Positions 39,133 to 48,725 of a stretch of DNA of 64,000 nt are shown piece by piece. This DNA is from Candidatus Latescibacterota bacterium (GTDB lineage Bacteria > Latescibacterota > UBA2968 > UBA8231): contig CBDETK010000013.1 of assembly GCA_965242865.1 (NCBI GenBank), positions 2,688,001 through 2,752,000 on the forward strand, in the 5' to 3' direction. A program made the position numbers and the translations under genes. The notes below the pieces were generated by a model that saw only the letters and a program-made list of their open reading frames with translations, ran no database searches and was not told where the DNA came from. The stretch's first letter is position 1. Each line of letters begins with the position of its first letter.

Positions 39133-40290
39133 ATGGGGAGCCGACGCTTGCAGATAACCTTGCAACCAGCCGTGTTGCAGTGGGCGCGAGAACGTGCGGG
39201 CATTAGCTTGGAGGAATTGGCCTGCAAAGCAAAGGTCAGCCAAGAGCGCGTACTAGAGTGGGAACGTTCCGGCAAAATCAGCATTGCCCAAGCCGACCGG
39301 CTCGCCGATTGCACCCATACGCCCCTCGGCCTTCTGTATTTGACCTATCCACCTGCCGAGCCCCTTCCAATAGCGGATTTCAGGACGCGGACCGATGACC
39401 CGCCCCCGCACTCAAGTCCCGACTTGCTCGAGACGGTCTATCTCATGCAGCGGCGCCAGTCTTGGATGCGCGACGAACTCATTGAGAGCGGCACGGAGCC
39501 GCTGGCCTACATCGGTGCTTATGAGCTAGATGAGTCGCCCTTACAAATGGCGGCAGCGATGCGCCAGTTGCTGAAACTCGCCGACGGTTGGGCGGCGGTG
39601 GAAGGCTCTTGGACCAATGCGCTGGGACTTATGCGAGATCGGGCTGAAGCGGCTGGCGTGTTGGTGGTTTTCAATGGCATCGTGGGCAACAATACGCGCC
39701 GCAAACTGGACCCGGACGAGTTCCAAGGTTTTGCCCTCGTGGATGCGTATGCCCCGCTCATTTTTGTCAATGGGGCCGACGTCAAAGCCGCGCAGATATT
39801 TACCCTAGCTCACGAGTTGGCGCATCTCTTCGTCGGAGAATCTGGTTTATCCAAGTTCGTCGACCTCGATCCAGGACACCATGCAATCGAACAGTTCTGC
39901 AACGAGGCGGCTGCCGAATTTCTGGTCCCGGAGCAGGACTTACGCGCTTTTTGGCCCACAGCCAAGTCGTCTGCCGACCCCTATCAAACCCTTGCCCGGC
40001 ACTTCAAGGTGAGCTCTATCGTAGGTGCTCGCCGCGCTCTGGATATCAGTTTGATCAGCCGAGACGCCTTCCATCAATTTTATCGCGCCTATCAGGAAGA
40101 CCAGCACCAACGAAGATCAGGCGGCGATTTTTGGAATCTTCCCAAATGGCGCATCGGCCCCAAGTTTGCCGCCGCCGTGATTCGTGCGACCAAGGCGGGT
40201 CGCTTGTCCTATCGCGATGCGTATGCGCTCACTGGGTTAAAAGGGACCAGCTTTGAAAAGCTAACCGATAAGATGGGTATTCAGCTATAA
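39133..40290 (+). CDS. XRE HTH-ImmA/IrrE (M78) metallopeptidase
   Basis: LQWARERAG HTH, DFRT, FTLAHELAH, CNEAAAEFL. Confidence 0.9.
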   Translation: MGSRRLQITLQPAVLQWARERAGISLEELACKAKVSQERVLEWERSGKISIAQADRLADCTHTPLGLLYLTYPPAEPLPIADFRTRTDDPPPHSSPDLLETVYLMQRRQSWMRDELIESGTEPLAYIGAYELDESPLQMAAAMRQLLKLADGWAAVEGSWTNALGLMRDRAEAAGVLVVFNGIVGNNTRRKLDPDEFQGFALVDAYAPLIFVNGADVKAAQIFTLAHELAHLFVGESGLSKFVDLDPGHHAIEQFCNEAAAEFLVPEQDLRAFWPTAKSSADPYQTLARHFKVSSIVGARRALDISLISRDAFHQFYRAYQEDQHQRRSGGDFWNLPKWRIGPKFAAAVIRATKAGRLSYRDAYALTGLKGTSFEKLTDKMGIQL

Positions 40291-40412
40291 TGAGTTGGTA
40301 TCAATCTTTGCGCGTACTCGATGCCAATGTCTGCCGTCAGTTCGGCGTCCGTTATCAGGATACCTATGCCATGCTGAGCGACCTCAACGTTCAATTCGAG
40401 TGGAAGCGATGA
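40290..40412 (+). pseudogene. Internally deleted DUF4411/PIN-like gene
   Basis: MSWYQSLRVLDANV|CRQFGVRYQDTYAMLSDLNVQFEWKR*: N- and C-terminal motifs joined at 'NV'. Confidence 0.7.
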
Positions 40413-43390
40413 CCACCGACACCACCGAACGCGGCCTAGAGCAGCGCGTCTGCGAGCTGCTGACCCACCGGGCCGACGCGCCGGACGCCGCTGAGGTGCG
40501 GGAACGCCCGGCCACTTATGACATCGGCTGGCTCAACGGGCACTCCGACGACTACGACCGCGAACACTGCATAGACTTGGCCCAGTTGACCGCCTTCCTC
40601 AAGGCAACGCAGCCGCACCTCGTCGCCGCGCTAGCTTTGGACGCGGACAGCCCGGTGCGCCGCAAGTTCCTCGCCCGCCTGAAAAACGAAGTCGGCAAGC
40701 GCGGCATCGTCGAAGTCCTCCGCAACGGCGTTAAGCACGGGCCGCACACCATCGCGCTCTTGTACGGCACTCCCTCGCCGGGCAACCCGCAGGCCGCAAC
40801 CCGCTACGAGCAGAACCGCTTTTCGGTGACGCGCCAGTTGTCGTACAGCAACGCCAACAAGCGGCGGACCCTCGACCTCGCGCTGTTCATCAACGGCCTG
40901 CCGGTGGCGACCTTTGAGTTGAAAAACAGCCTCACCAAACAGACCGCGGCCGATGCCGCAGAGCAATACAAACGCGACCGCGATCCCAAAGAGGAGCTCT
41001 TCCGCCTCGGCCGCTGCTTGGTCCACTTTGCCGTGGATGATCTCGAAGTGCGGTTCTGCACCCACCTCAACGGCAAGGCGTCGTGGTTCCTGCCGTTCAA
41101 CCAGGGTTGGAACGACGGCGCGGGCAACCCGCCCAACCCCAACGGCATCAAGACCGATTACCTGTGGCGTGAGGTGCTGACTCGGCAAAGCCTGACCGAC
41201 ATCGTGGAGAACTACGCCCTGCTGATCGAATCCACGGACCCCGAGACCGGGCGCAAAGCCAAGGCGCAAATCTGGCCGCGCTATCACCAGTTGGACGTGG
41301 TGCGGAAACTGTTGGCCTCGGTCGCCGAGCACGGCGTCGGGCAACGCTATCTCATCCAGCACTCGGCCGGCAGCGGCAAGTCCAACTCCATTGCGTGGTT
41401 GGCGCACCGGCTCATCGGCTTGGAAAAGGGCGGCCGGCCGGTCTTTGATTCCATCATCGTCGTAACGGACCGCAAAATCTTGGACCGGCAGATCAACGAC
41501 ACCATCCGGCAGTTCGCGCAAGTGGGGGCGACCGTGGGCCACGCGGAAAATGCCGGCGATTTGCGCCGCTTTATCGCCGCCGGCAAGAAAATCATCATCT
41601 CCACCGTGCAAAAGTTCCCGTTCATCTTGGACGAGATCGACAACGATCATCCAAGCCGCCGCTTTGCCATCGTCATCGACGAAGCCCACTCCAGCCAAGG
41701 CGGGCGCACGGCCTCGGCCATGGCGAGCGTCTTGGGGGATCCCGCCGCGGATGCGGACGACACGGTTGAGGATCAAATCAACCGCATCATTGAACAGCGG
41801 CGTTTGCTGGCCAACGCCAGTTATTTCGCCTTCACCGCCACGCCCAAGAACAAGACGCTGGAATTGTTCGGCGCGCCCGCGCCGCAACCCGACAGCGCGA
41901 TCCAGCATCGGCCCTTCCACAGCTACGCCATGAAGCAGGCCATCCAAGAGGGGTTCATCTTGGACGTGCTCGGGCACTACACGCCGGTGACGAGCTACTA
42001 CCGCCTCGCCAAAACCACGACCGACGACCCTAAGTTCGACGCCAACAAGGCGCACAAAAAGCTCATCCGCTATGTGGAAACCCACAGCCGAGCCATTCGC
42101 CTCAAAGCCGAGATCATCGTCGATCACTTCCACGAGCAGGTGCTGGCCCCGCGCAAAATCGACGGACAGGCGCGAGCCATGGTCGTCACCAGCGGCATTG
42201 AGATGGCCATAGCTTACTATCGCGCCATCCGCGACTACCTCGCCGAGCGCGGCAGCCCGCACAAAGCCATCGTCGCCTTTTCCGGCGAGGTCGAGTACGG
42301 CGGCGAGCAAGTGAGCGAAGCGCGGTTGAACGGGTTTCCGTCGTCGCAGCTCGCCCGCAACATTCAGCGCGACCCCTATCGGTTTCTCGTCTGCGCGGAC
42401 AAGTTCCAGACCGGCTACGACGAGCCGCTGTTGCACACCATGTACGTCGATAAGGTTTTGTCCGGCATCCGGGCGGTGCAGACCTTGTCGCGCCTCAACC
42501 GCGCCCACCCGGGCAAGCGCGATACGTTTGTGCTTGATTTCCACAACGACGCCGACGCCATCAAAGACGCGTTTGCCGCGTACTACCGCACCACCATCTT
42601 GGCGGACGAAACCGACCCGAACAAATTGCACGACCTCAAGGCCGCACTGGACGACCGGCAGGTCTATTCCGCCGAGCAAATCGATGCGCTGGTGGCGGCC
42701 TATTTGAGCGGCGACGACCGCGCTGTTCTCGACCCCATCTTGGACGAGTGCGTGACCATCTATCGCCGCGATCTCGACGAAGACGAGCAGGTCGATTTCA
42801 AGGGCCATGCCAAAGCCTTCACCCGCACCTACAACTTCCTGTCGCAGGTGTTGCCCTACGAGAATGCCGATTGGGAAAAGCTGTCCATCGTTCTGACCCT
42901 GCTCATTCCCAAGCTGCCGACGCCCGCGGCCGAGGACAGGGCGCTCGGCATTGAGAATGCCATCGACATGGACAGCTACCGCGCCGAGAAACAGGCGACC
43001 CTGCACATCCTGCTGCCCGACGAGGACGCCGAAATCGAGCCGGTGCCGGCCAGCCGCGGCGGGTACCAGCCTGAGCCTGCAATGGATCGGCTCTCCAACA
43101 TTCTGCGGGAATTCAACGATTTGTTCGGCGATATTCCGTGGACGAGTGCGGATCGCATCCGCCGGATGATCACCGAGGATGTGCCGCAACTGGTCGAGGC
43201 GGACCATGCCTATCGCAACGCCCGGCAACACGCGGACGCGCAGAACACCCGCATTGAGCACGACCGGGCCTTGGCAAAGGCGATCACCGCCCTGCTCGCC
43301 GACGACGCCGAACTCTACAAGCAATACTCGGACAACGCAGCATTCAAACGCTGGCTGGCCAATAGCGTGTTTGAACTGACCTACCGATAG
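40409..43390 (+). CDS. hsdR: Type I R-M restriction subunit
   Basis: DLALFINGLP..FELK, HSAGSGKS, IDEAH, TATP, FQTGYD, QTLSRLNR. Confidence 0.96.
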   Translation: MTTDTTERGLEQRVCELLTHRADAPDAAEVRERPATYDIGWLNGHSDDYDREHCIDLAQLTAFLKATQPHLVAALALDADSPVRRKFLARLKNEVGKRGIVEVLRNGVKHGPHTIALLYGTPSPGNPQAATRYEQNRFSVTRQLSYSNANKRRTLDLALFINGLPVATFELKNSLTKQTAADAAEQYKRDRDPKEELFRLGRCLVHFAVDDLEVRFCTHLNGKASWFLPFNQGWNDGAGNPPNPNGIKTDYLWREVLTRQSLTDIVENYALLIESTDPETGRKAKAQIWPRYHQLDVVRKLLASVAEHGVGQRYLIQHSAGSGKSNSIAWLAHRLIGLEKGGRPVFDSIIVVTDRKILDRQINDTIRQFAQVGATVGHAENAGDLRRFIAAGKKIIISTVQKFPFILDEIDNDHPSRRFAIVIDEAHSSQGGRTASAMASVLGDPAADADDTVEDQINRIIEQRRLLANASYFAFTATPKNKTLELFGAPAPQPDSAIQHRPFHSYAMKQAIQEGFILDVLGHYTPVTSYYRLAKTTTDDPKFDANKAHKKLIRYVETHSRAIRLKAEIIVDHFHEQVLAPRKIDGQARAMVVTSGIEMAIAYYRAIRDYLAERGSPHKAIVAFSGEVEYGGEQVSEARLNGFPSSQLARNIQRDPYRFLVCADKFQTGYDEPLLHTMYVDKVLSGIRAVQTLSRLNRAHPGKRDTFVLDFHNDADAIKDAFAAYYRTTILADETDPNKLHDLKAALDDRQVYSAEQIDALVAAYLSGDDRAVLDPILDECVTIYRRDLDEDEQVDFKGHAKAFTRTYNFLSQVLPYENADWEKLSIVLTLLIPKLPTPAAEDRALGIENAIDMDSYRAEKQATLHILLPDEDAEIEPVPASRGGYQPEPAMDRLSNILREFNDLFGDIPWTSADRIRRMITEDVPQLVEADHAYRNARQHADAQNTRIEHDRALAKAITALLADDAELYKQYSDNAAFKRWLANSVFELTYR

Positions 43391-43409
43391 CACCCCCCAA
43401 GGACGACCC

Positions 43410-45509
43410 ATGCAAGACAGCCAACTCAATCGCATTCCCAACTTTATATGGGGCATTGCCGACGATGTGCTGCGCGACCTGTACGTGCGCGGCAAGTACC
43501 GCGACATCATTTTGCCCATGACGGTGATTCGGCGGCTGGACGCGGTGCTCGAACCGACCAAACAAGCCGTGCTCGCCATGCAGGCCCGGCTCAACGACCA
43601 AGGCATTGTCGAACAGGAAGCAGCCCTCAAGCAGGCCGCTGGCCATGCCTTTTACAATGCGTCCCAATTCACGTTGCGCGACCTCCGCGCCCGGGCCACT
43701 CGGCAGCAGCTCCGGGCGGACTTTGAGATTTACTTGGACGGGTTTTCGTCCAATGTGCAGGACATCTTGAAGAACTTTGAGTTTCGCAACCAGATTCCGC
43801 GCCTGTCCGACGCCGATGTGCTCGGCGCGCTCATCGAGAAATTCCTGTCGCCGGAGATCAACCTCAGTCCCTATCCGGTCGAAAGGCATCCCGGCCTCGA
43901 CAACCACGCCATGGGCACGATTTTCGAGGAACTGGTGCGGCGGTTCAACGAGGAAAACAATGAGGAGGCCGGCGAACACTGGACCCCGCGCGACGCGGTC
44001 AAGCTGATGGCCAATCTCATCTTCCTGCCGGTGGCCGACGCGATCGAGTCGAGCACCTACCTGCTCTACGATGGCGCGCTCGGCACCGGCGGCATGCTGA
44101 CCGTAGCCGAGGAAACCCTGCAGGAACTCGCCCGCGCCCGCGGCAAGCACGTATCCACCCATCTCTACGGCCAAGAGATCAACGCCGAGACCTACGCGAT
44201 CTGCAAGGCCGACCTGCTGCTCAAGGGCGAGGGCAGTGCGGCGGACAACATCGTCGGCGGGCCGGAACACTCCACCCTCGCCAACGACGCTTTCCCGGCT
44301 CACAAATTCGATTTCATGCTCAGCAATCCGCCCTACGGCAAGAGCTGGAAGCAAGACCTCGACCGCTTGGGCGGCAAGCGCGGCGTGGCGGACCCGCGCT
44401 TCATCATCGCGCACGCTGGCGACCCAAACTATTCCCTGCTCACCCGCTCCAGCGACGGACAGATGCTGTTCCTCGCCAACATGCTGAGCAAGATGAAGCG
44501 CGACACCGCGCTCGGCAGCCGCATCGCGGAGGTCCACAACGGCAGTTCCCTGTTCACCGGCGACGCCGGGCAGGGCGAGAGCAACATTCGCCGCTGGATC
44601 ATCGAAAACGACTATCTCGAAGCCATTGTCGCCCTGCCGCTCAACATGTTCTACAACACCGGCATCGCCACCTATATCTGGGTGCTGACCAATCGCAAGC
44701 CGGCGCATCGGCAGGGCAAGGTGCAGCTCATCGACGCCACCGAGTGGTTCAGTCCGTTGCGTAAGAATCTCGGCAATAAGAACTGCGCGTTGTCCGAGGC
44801 TGACATCGGCCGCGTCTGCGATGCGTTTCTCGCCTTTGAGGAAAGCGAGCACTCAAAAATTTTCCCCAACCGGGCCTTCGGCTACTATCGCGTGACGATT
44901 GAGCGCCCCTTGCGGCTTGCTGTCGAGCTATCGTCGGAGCATCTCGAACGGTTCCGCGCCGCCTGTGCGGAAGTGGGCGAAGAACCGCTCGCCGAGGCCG
45001 TTGAGCGGATAGCGACCACCATCGGCGACGGGCCGCACCGCGACTTCAACCTGTTTGTGGATGTGGTCAGACGCGACACCAACCTGACGGCCAAGCGCAA
45101 GAAGCTGCTGCAAACGGCGCTGGCGTTCCGCGACGAGGCCGCCGCGCCGGTCGTCAAAAAGACTCACCGGCCGGGCAAGATGGAGCCGGCTCCGCTTTGC
45201 GGCTTGGTCGAACGGCCGGGGTGCGTGGTCGAATACGAGCCGGACGGCGAGTTGCGCGACAGCGAACAGGTGCCGTTGCTCGCCGAGGGCGGCGTTGAGG
45301 GCTACCTGCGCCGCGAGGTGCTGCCCTACGCGCCGGACGCTTGGTACGACCCAACGAGCGTCAAGACCGGCTACGAGATCAGCTTCACCCGGCATTTTTA
45401 CAAGCCGCAACCGCTGCGCTCCCGAAGCGAAATCCGCGCCGACATCTTGGCGTTGGAGCGCGAGAATGAAGCGGTGCTGGCGGAGATCGTCGGGGCCAGC
45501 GGCGAATGA
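43410..45509 (+). CDS. hsdM: Type I R-M N6-adenine methyltransferase
   Basis: GEHWTPR, GTGGML, YGQE, SNPPY, FYNTGI. Confidence 0.96.
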   Translation: MQDSQLNRIPNFIWGIADDVLRDLYVRGKYRDIILPMTVIRRLDAVLEPTKQAVLAMQARLNDQGIVEQEAALKQAAGHAFYNASQFTLRDLRARATRQQLRADFEIYLDGFSSNVQDILKNFEFRNQIPRLSDADVLGALIEKFLSPEINLSPYPVERHPGLDNHAMGTIFEELVRRFNEENNEEAGEHWTPRDAVKLMANLIFLPVADAIESSTYLLYDGALGTGGMLTVAEETLQELARARGKHVSTHLYGQEINAETYAICKADLLLKGEGSAADNIVGGPEHSTLANDAFPAHKFDFMLSNPPYGKSWKQDLDRLGGKRGVADPRFIIAHAGDPNYSLLTRSSDGQMLFLANMLSKMKRDTALGSRIAEVHNGSSLFTGDAGQGESNIRRWIIENDYLEAIVALPLNMFYNTGIATYIWVLTNRKPAHRQGKVQLIDATEWFSPLRKNLGNKNCALSEADIGRVCDAFLAFEESEHSKIFPNRAFGYYRVTIERPLRLAVELSSEHLERFRAACAEVGEEPLAEAVERIATTIGDGPHRDFNLFVDVVRRDTNLTAKRKKLLQTALAFRDEAAAPVVKKTHRPGKMEPAPLCGLVERPGCVVEYEPDGELRDSEQVPLLAEGGVEGYLRREVLPYAPDAWYDPTSVKTGYEISFTRHFYKPQPLRSRSEIRADILALERENEAVLAEIVGASGE

Positions 45510-45574
45510 TCGGCGATCGGAAACCCTACCCATCCTACAAGTCCTCCGGCGGCGAGTGGCTCGTTGCCCATTGA
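45506..45574 (+). pseudogene. hsdS 5' remnant coupled to hsdM
   Basis: MIGDRKPYPSYKSSGGEWLVAH*; 45521-45563 matches 33334-33376 at 40/43 nt. Confidence 0.9.
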
Positions 45575-45622
45575 GCATCGCCCGCGAGATCACGGACAAG
45601 AGGTATCAGGGAGACTCAAACC

Positions 45623-47194
45623 ATGCGCTTTTTCACCACTGCCGGTCCCATCAAGCCGGCCAGGCACTATTGCATCCCGCCGCTGGAACGCTTGGACCTC
45701 GCCGCGGTACTCGCCCTGATTCGGGACGAGAAGTATTTCGTCCTACACGCGCCCCGGCAGACGGGCAAGACCTCTATCCTGCTGGCCTTGCGCGACCTGC
45801 TCAACGCCGAGGGCATCTATCGTTGTGTGTACGTCAATGTCGAAGGGGGGCAAGCCGCCCGCGAAGATGTGGAACAAGTGACGCGCACCATGTTGGGCGA
45901 GTTGGCATCTCGGGCGCGTTTAATCGGCGACGAACTTCTAGACGAGATTTGGTTCGACATCTTGACCAAGTACGGTCCACACGCTGCTTTGCGCGAGGCG
46001 TTGACGCGCTGGGCCTCGGCGTCCCCCAAGCCGCTGGTGCTGCTCATCGACGAGATCGACGCGCTGATCGGCGACGCGCTCCTGTCCGTGTTGCGGCAGT
46101 TGCGGGCGGGCTACGACCTGCGACCAGCAGGGTTTCCGCAAAGCGTGGTGCTATGCGGGGTGCGCGACGTGCGCGACTACCGCATCCATTCTAGTTCGGC
46201 CAATGCCACCATCGCCGGAGGGAGCGCGTTCAACATCAAATCGCGCTCGTTGCGCTTGGGCGACTTTTCGCCCGACGAGGTGCAAGCTCTGCTCGCACAG
46301 CACACTGCGGAGACCGGGCAGGCGTTTACCGCCGACGCCTTGGAGACGATCTGGACGCAGACCCAAGGGCAGCCGTGGTTGGTCAATGCCTTGGCCGATC
46401 AGACCTGCTTCCGCGATGGCGGGGCTGACCGGCGCGAGCCAATCACGGCTGCCGTTATCATTGAAGCGAAAGAGCACCTCATCCTGCGTCGCGAAACCCA
46501 CCTCGACCAATTGGCGGACAAGCTCCAAGAGGAGCGCGTGCGGCGCATCGTGGAGCCGCTGTTGAGCGGAGCTGAAAAGAGCGACTTTTCGGCCCGCGAT
46601 CTCGAATACATCCGCGACTTGGGCTTGATCGCCCAGCACGACCCGCTCCGCATCGCCAATCCCATTTACGCGGAAATCGTGCCGCGCGAACTGACCTATT
46701 CCACCCAATCCGGGCTCGTCCAAGACCCGGCCTGGTACGTCCATGCCGATGGTCGCTTGGACGTGGTCAAACTGCTGACCGCATTCCAGACGTTCTTCCG
46801 CGAACACTCCGAGCATTGGGTCAAGCGATTTCAATATCAAGAGGCCGGTCCGCAGTTGCTGCTGCAGGCGTTTTTGCAACGGATCGTCAACAGCGGTGGG
46901 CGCATCGAGCGCGAGTATGGCTTGGGTCGCATGCGCACCGATCTGCTCCTCGTCTGGCCGCAGGGCGAGCGCACGCGCCAGTTCGTGATCGAATGCAAAG
47001 TGCTCCACAAGAGCTTGGAGCAAACTATCGCCGAGGGGGTGGCGCAGACTGCCGAGTACATGGATCGCTGCGCGGCCGAGGCGGGTCATCTGGTGATTTT
47101 TGACCGGCGCGAGGGCCGGCGTTGGGAGGACAAGGTGTTTCGAGATCGCCGAGTGTCGGATGGTGGGGTCGCGATCGACATCTGGGGCTTATGA
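45623..47194 (+). CDS. AAA-like ATPase with PD-(D/E)XK nuclease, copy C
   Basis: Near-identical to copy B, including the GGAGACTCAAACC leader. Confidence 0.88.
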   Translation: MRFFTTAGPIKPARHYCIPPLERLDLAAVLALIRDEKYFVLHAPRQTGKTSILLALRDLLNAEGIYRCVYVNVEGGQAAREDVEQVTRTMLGELASRARLIGDELLDEIWFDILTKYGPHAALREALTRWASASPKPLVLLIDEIDALIGDALLSVLRQLRAGYDLRPAGFPQSVVLCGVRDVRDYRIHSSSANATIAGGSAFNIKSRSLRLGDFSPDEVQALLAQHTAETGQAFTADALETIWTQTQGQPWLVNALADQTCFRDGGADRREPITAAVIIEAKEHLILRRETHLDQLADKLQEERVRRIVEPLLSGAEKSDFSARDLEYIRDLGLIAQHDPLRIANPIYAEIVPRELTYSTQSGLVQDPAWYVHADGRLDVVKLLTAFQTFFREHSEHWVKRFQYQEAGPQLLLQAFLQRIVNSGGRIEREYGLGRMRTDLLLVWPQGERTRQFVIECKVLHKSLEQTIAEGVAQTAEYMDRCAAEAGHLVIFDRREGRRWEDKVFRDRRVSDGGVAIDIWGL

Positions 47195-47377
47195 GGAAGG
47201 CGGCGGTCAGCGGCCACGGCGAAAGACGCGAGTTAGCGAAGAATGCCGTCGCGCTTGTTAAACGTAGTCTTTAACATGGCCGAATAAGGGCTGTATATTA
47301 TTAACCTCTGCATTTTTAATGGAATAGTTTATATTCATTTACGCTCCTCATAGATTATATCTCCTACATGCGGATAG

Positions 47378-48646
47378 TCACCTCTTCGCCACCGGCTTTT
47401 CCTCTTCCCCAAAAGAAGGCAGCGCAAAAACGGCCCGCCAGCCCAGCCCGTTTAGACGCAAGTAATAAGAAGCCGTTAGCACACCCCACAACGCATAGGC
47501 AATCGAAGTAGATAAGGCGGCACCGCGCAGCCCTAGCTTGGGGATCAACAATAGGTTCAGGCCCACGTTGGCCGCTAAGGCGATGCCCGGTGCCCACAGG
47601 GTTATGGAGGGATAGCCCTCGCCCATTAGCTTGGCGTTGAACACGGCTCCACAACCCAAAAACAACATGCCGGGCAGCAGCCAAATAAGAGGCGCGTAGG
47701 CATCGGGATACAAGGGGAAGAAAACGCTCAGAAGCAGGCGTCCACCGAAGATCAAAACGACCGCCGAAAGCAGGGAAAAGACAAAGATACCTTGAGCCAC
47801 CCCCAAAGAGAGCCGCGTGTCGTCTTGCCCGCGCACGATTTTGGCGAGCAGGATGACCGAAGCAATGTTGGCGACGCGCTGCATCATGTCCGTAAAGTTC
47901 GTCGCCACTCCGTACACGCCCACCTCCTCCTCGCCTAAAAATCGCTCTATCAAAAAGAGGTCGCTTTTGAGTAACAAAAAGATGAGCACTAAGCAGACCT
48001 CGCCGCGCGAACCAATGCGAAGCATTTGTCCGAGTACGCGTCGCCCGCCCCACCGAAAGCGGAATCCCCGGGACGAGAACGGGACAAAAGCCGCCAAGGC
48101 CGTCGTCCCTACCGCCCCTACCCACACCCCCATCACCCGTTCTAACTCGAGATGCCCTAGCTGGGAAAGGACTAGATTGCCGCCGAGATAGATGGCGATG
48201 AAAACTACGGGCAGCAGTGCGTAGGGCTTGAGCCGATCTTCGCCTAACAAGATGAACAACCCCGCCCTTTGTAGCGCGGTGAACGCAATCACACAAACGC
48301 CCAAGACCCATTGGACTAAGGTAATACTGGGCATGAACACCTTTGCGAGGGCCAAGCTAAAGGGAGCCGTCGGCAACAGGAAGGCCCCCAAGACGAGGCA
48401 GTAAAGCAAAGTGTGGTTGATCGCGTCCTCCCGCGCTCGCTCGCGTCCCACGACGTAGATGTTCCCCTTGCTGAGCCACTCCCCGAAGAACAAGACGCCC
48501 AACATGACGAGCGCGGTCCACAGCTTTAAGGTGCCATAGTGCTCCGGCCCTAGCCGATCCGCGAGTAAGACCGCGTTGACAAAGCCCAACGAAAATACCA
48601 AGAAGGAGCAGGTGGTGTTGAGCGAGAAGCTGCGAAAAAAGTTCAT
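47378..48646 (-). CDS. Oligosaccharide flippase (Wzx/MOP family)
   Basis: LGPEHYG, VGVYGVA, LIPKLGLRGAA; many TM helices; start at ATG 48646. Confidence 0.85.
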   Translation of the reverse strand: MNFFRSFSLNTTCSFLVFSLGFVNAVLLADRLGPEHYGTLKLWTALVMLGVLFFGEWLSKGNIYVVGRERAREDAINHTLLYCLVLGAFLLPTAPFSLALAKVFMPSITLVQWVLGVCVIAFTALQRAGLFILLGEDRLKPYALLPVVFIAIYLGGNLVLSQLGHLELERVMGVWVGAVGTTALAAFVPFSSRGFRFRWGGRRVLGQMLRIGSRGEVCLVLIFLLLKSDLFLIERFLGEEEVGVYGVATNFTDMMQRVANIASVILLAKIVRGQDDTRLSLGVAQGIFVFSLLSAVVLIFGGRLLLSVFFPLYPDAYAPLIWLLPGMLFLGCGAVFNAKLMGEGYPSITLWAPGIALAANVGLNLLLIPKLGLRGAALSTSIAYALWGVLTASYYLRLNGLGWRAVFALPSFGEEEKPVAKR

Positions 48647-48725
48647 TGCAATGGACGGAGGAGATTGGTGGTCGGAGAATCGGTCTCGGTGGAAGGATTC
48701 TAGACCGCTACTTAGGCGTACAACA

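Larger units (their letters stand above)
28619..47210 (+). other. Defence island bounded by AAA-ATPase/PD-(D/E)XK paralogs
   Basis: All genes co-oriented; TIR/SLOG, type I R-M, OLD, DarG, ImmA/IrrE; lower-GC patches; no integrase or transposase seen. Confidence 0.85.

Noticed and set aside
40631-44852. Long antisense ORFs (999 aa and 502 aa)
   Set aside because: Shadows of high-GC hsdR and hsdM codon usage, with no recognisable motifs
47256-47276. dif/Xer site at the island end (TGTTAAA-N7-TTTAACA)
   Set aside because: Arm orientation and spacer do not fit dif, and there is no XerC arm
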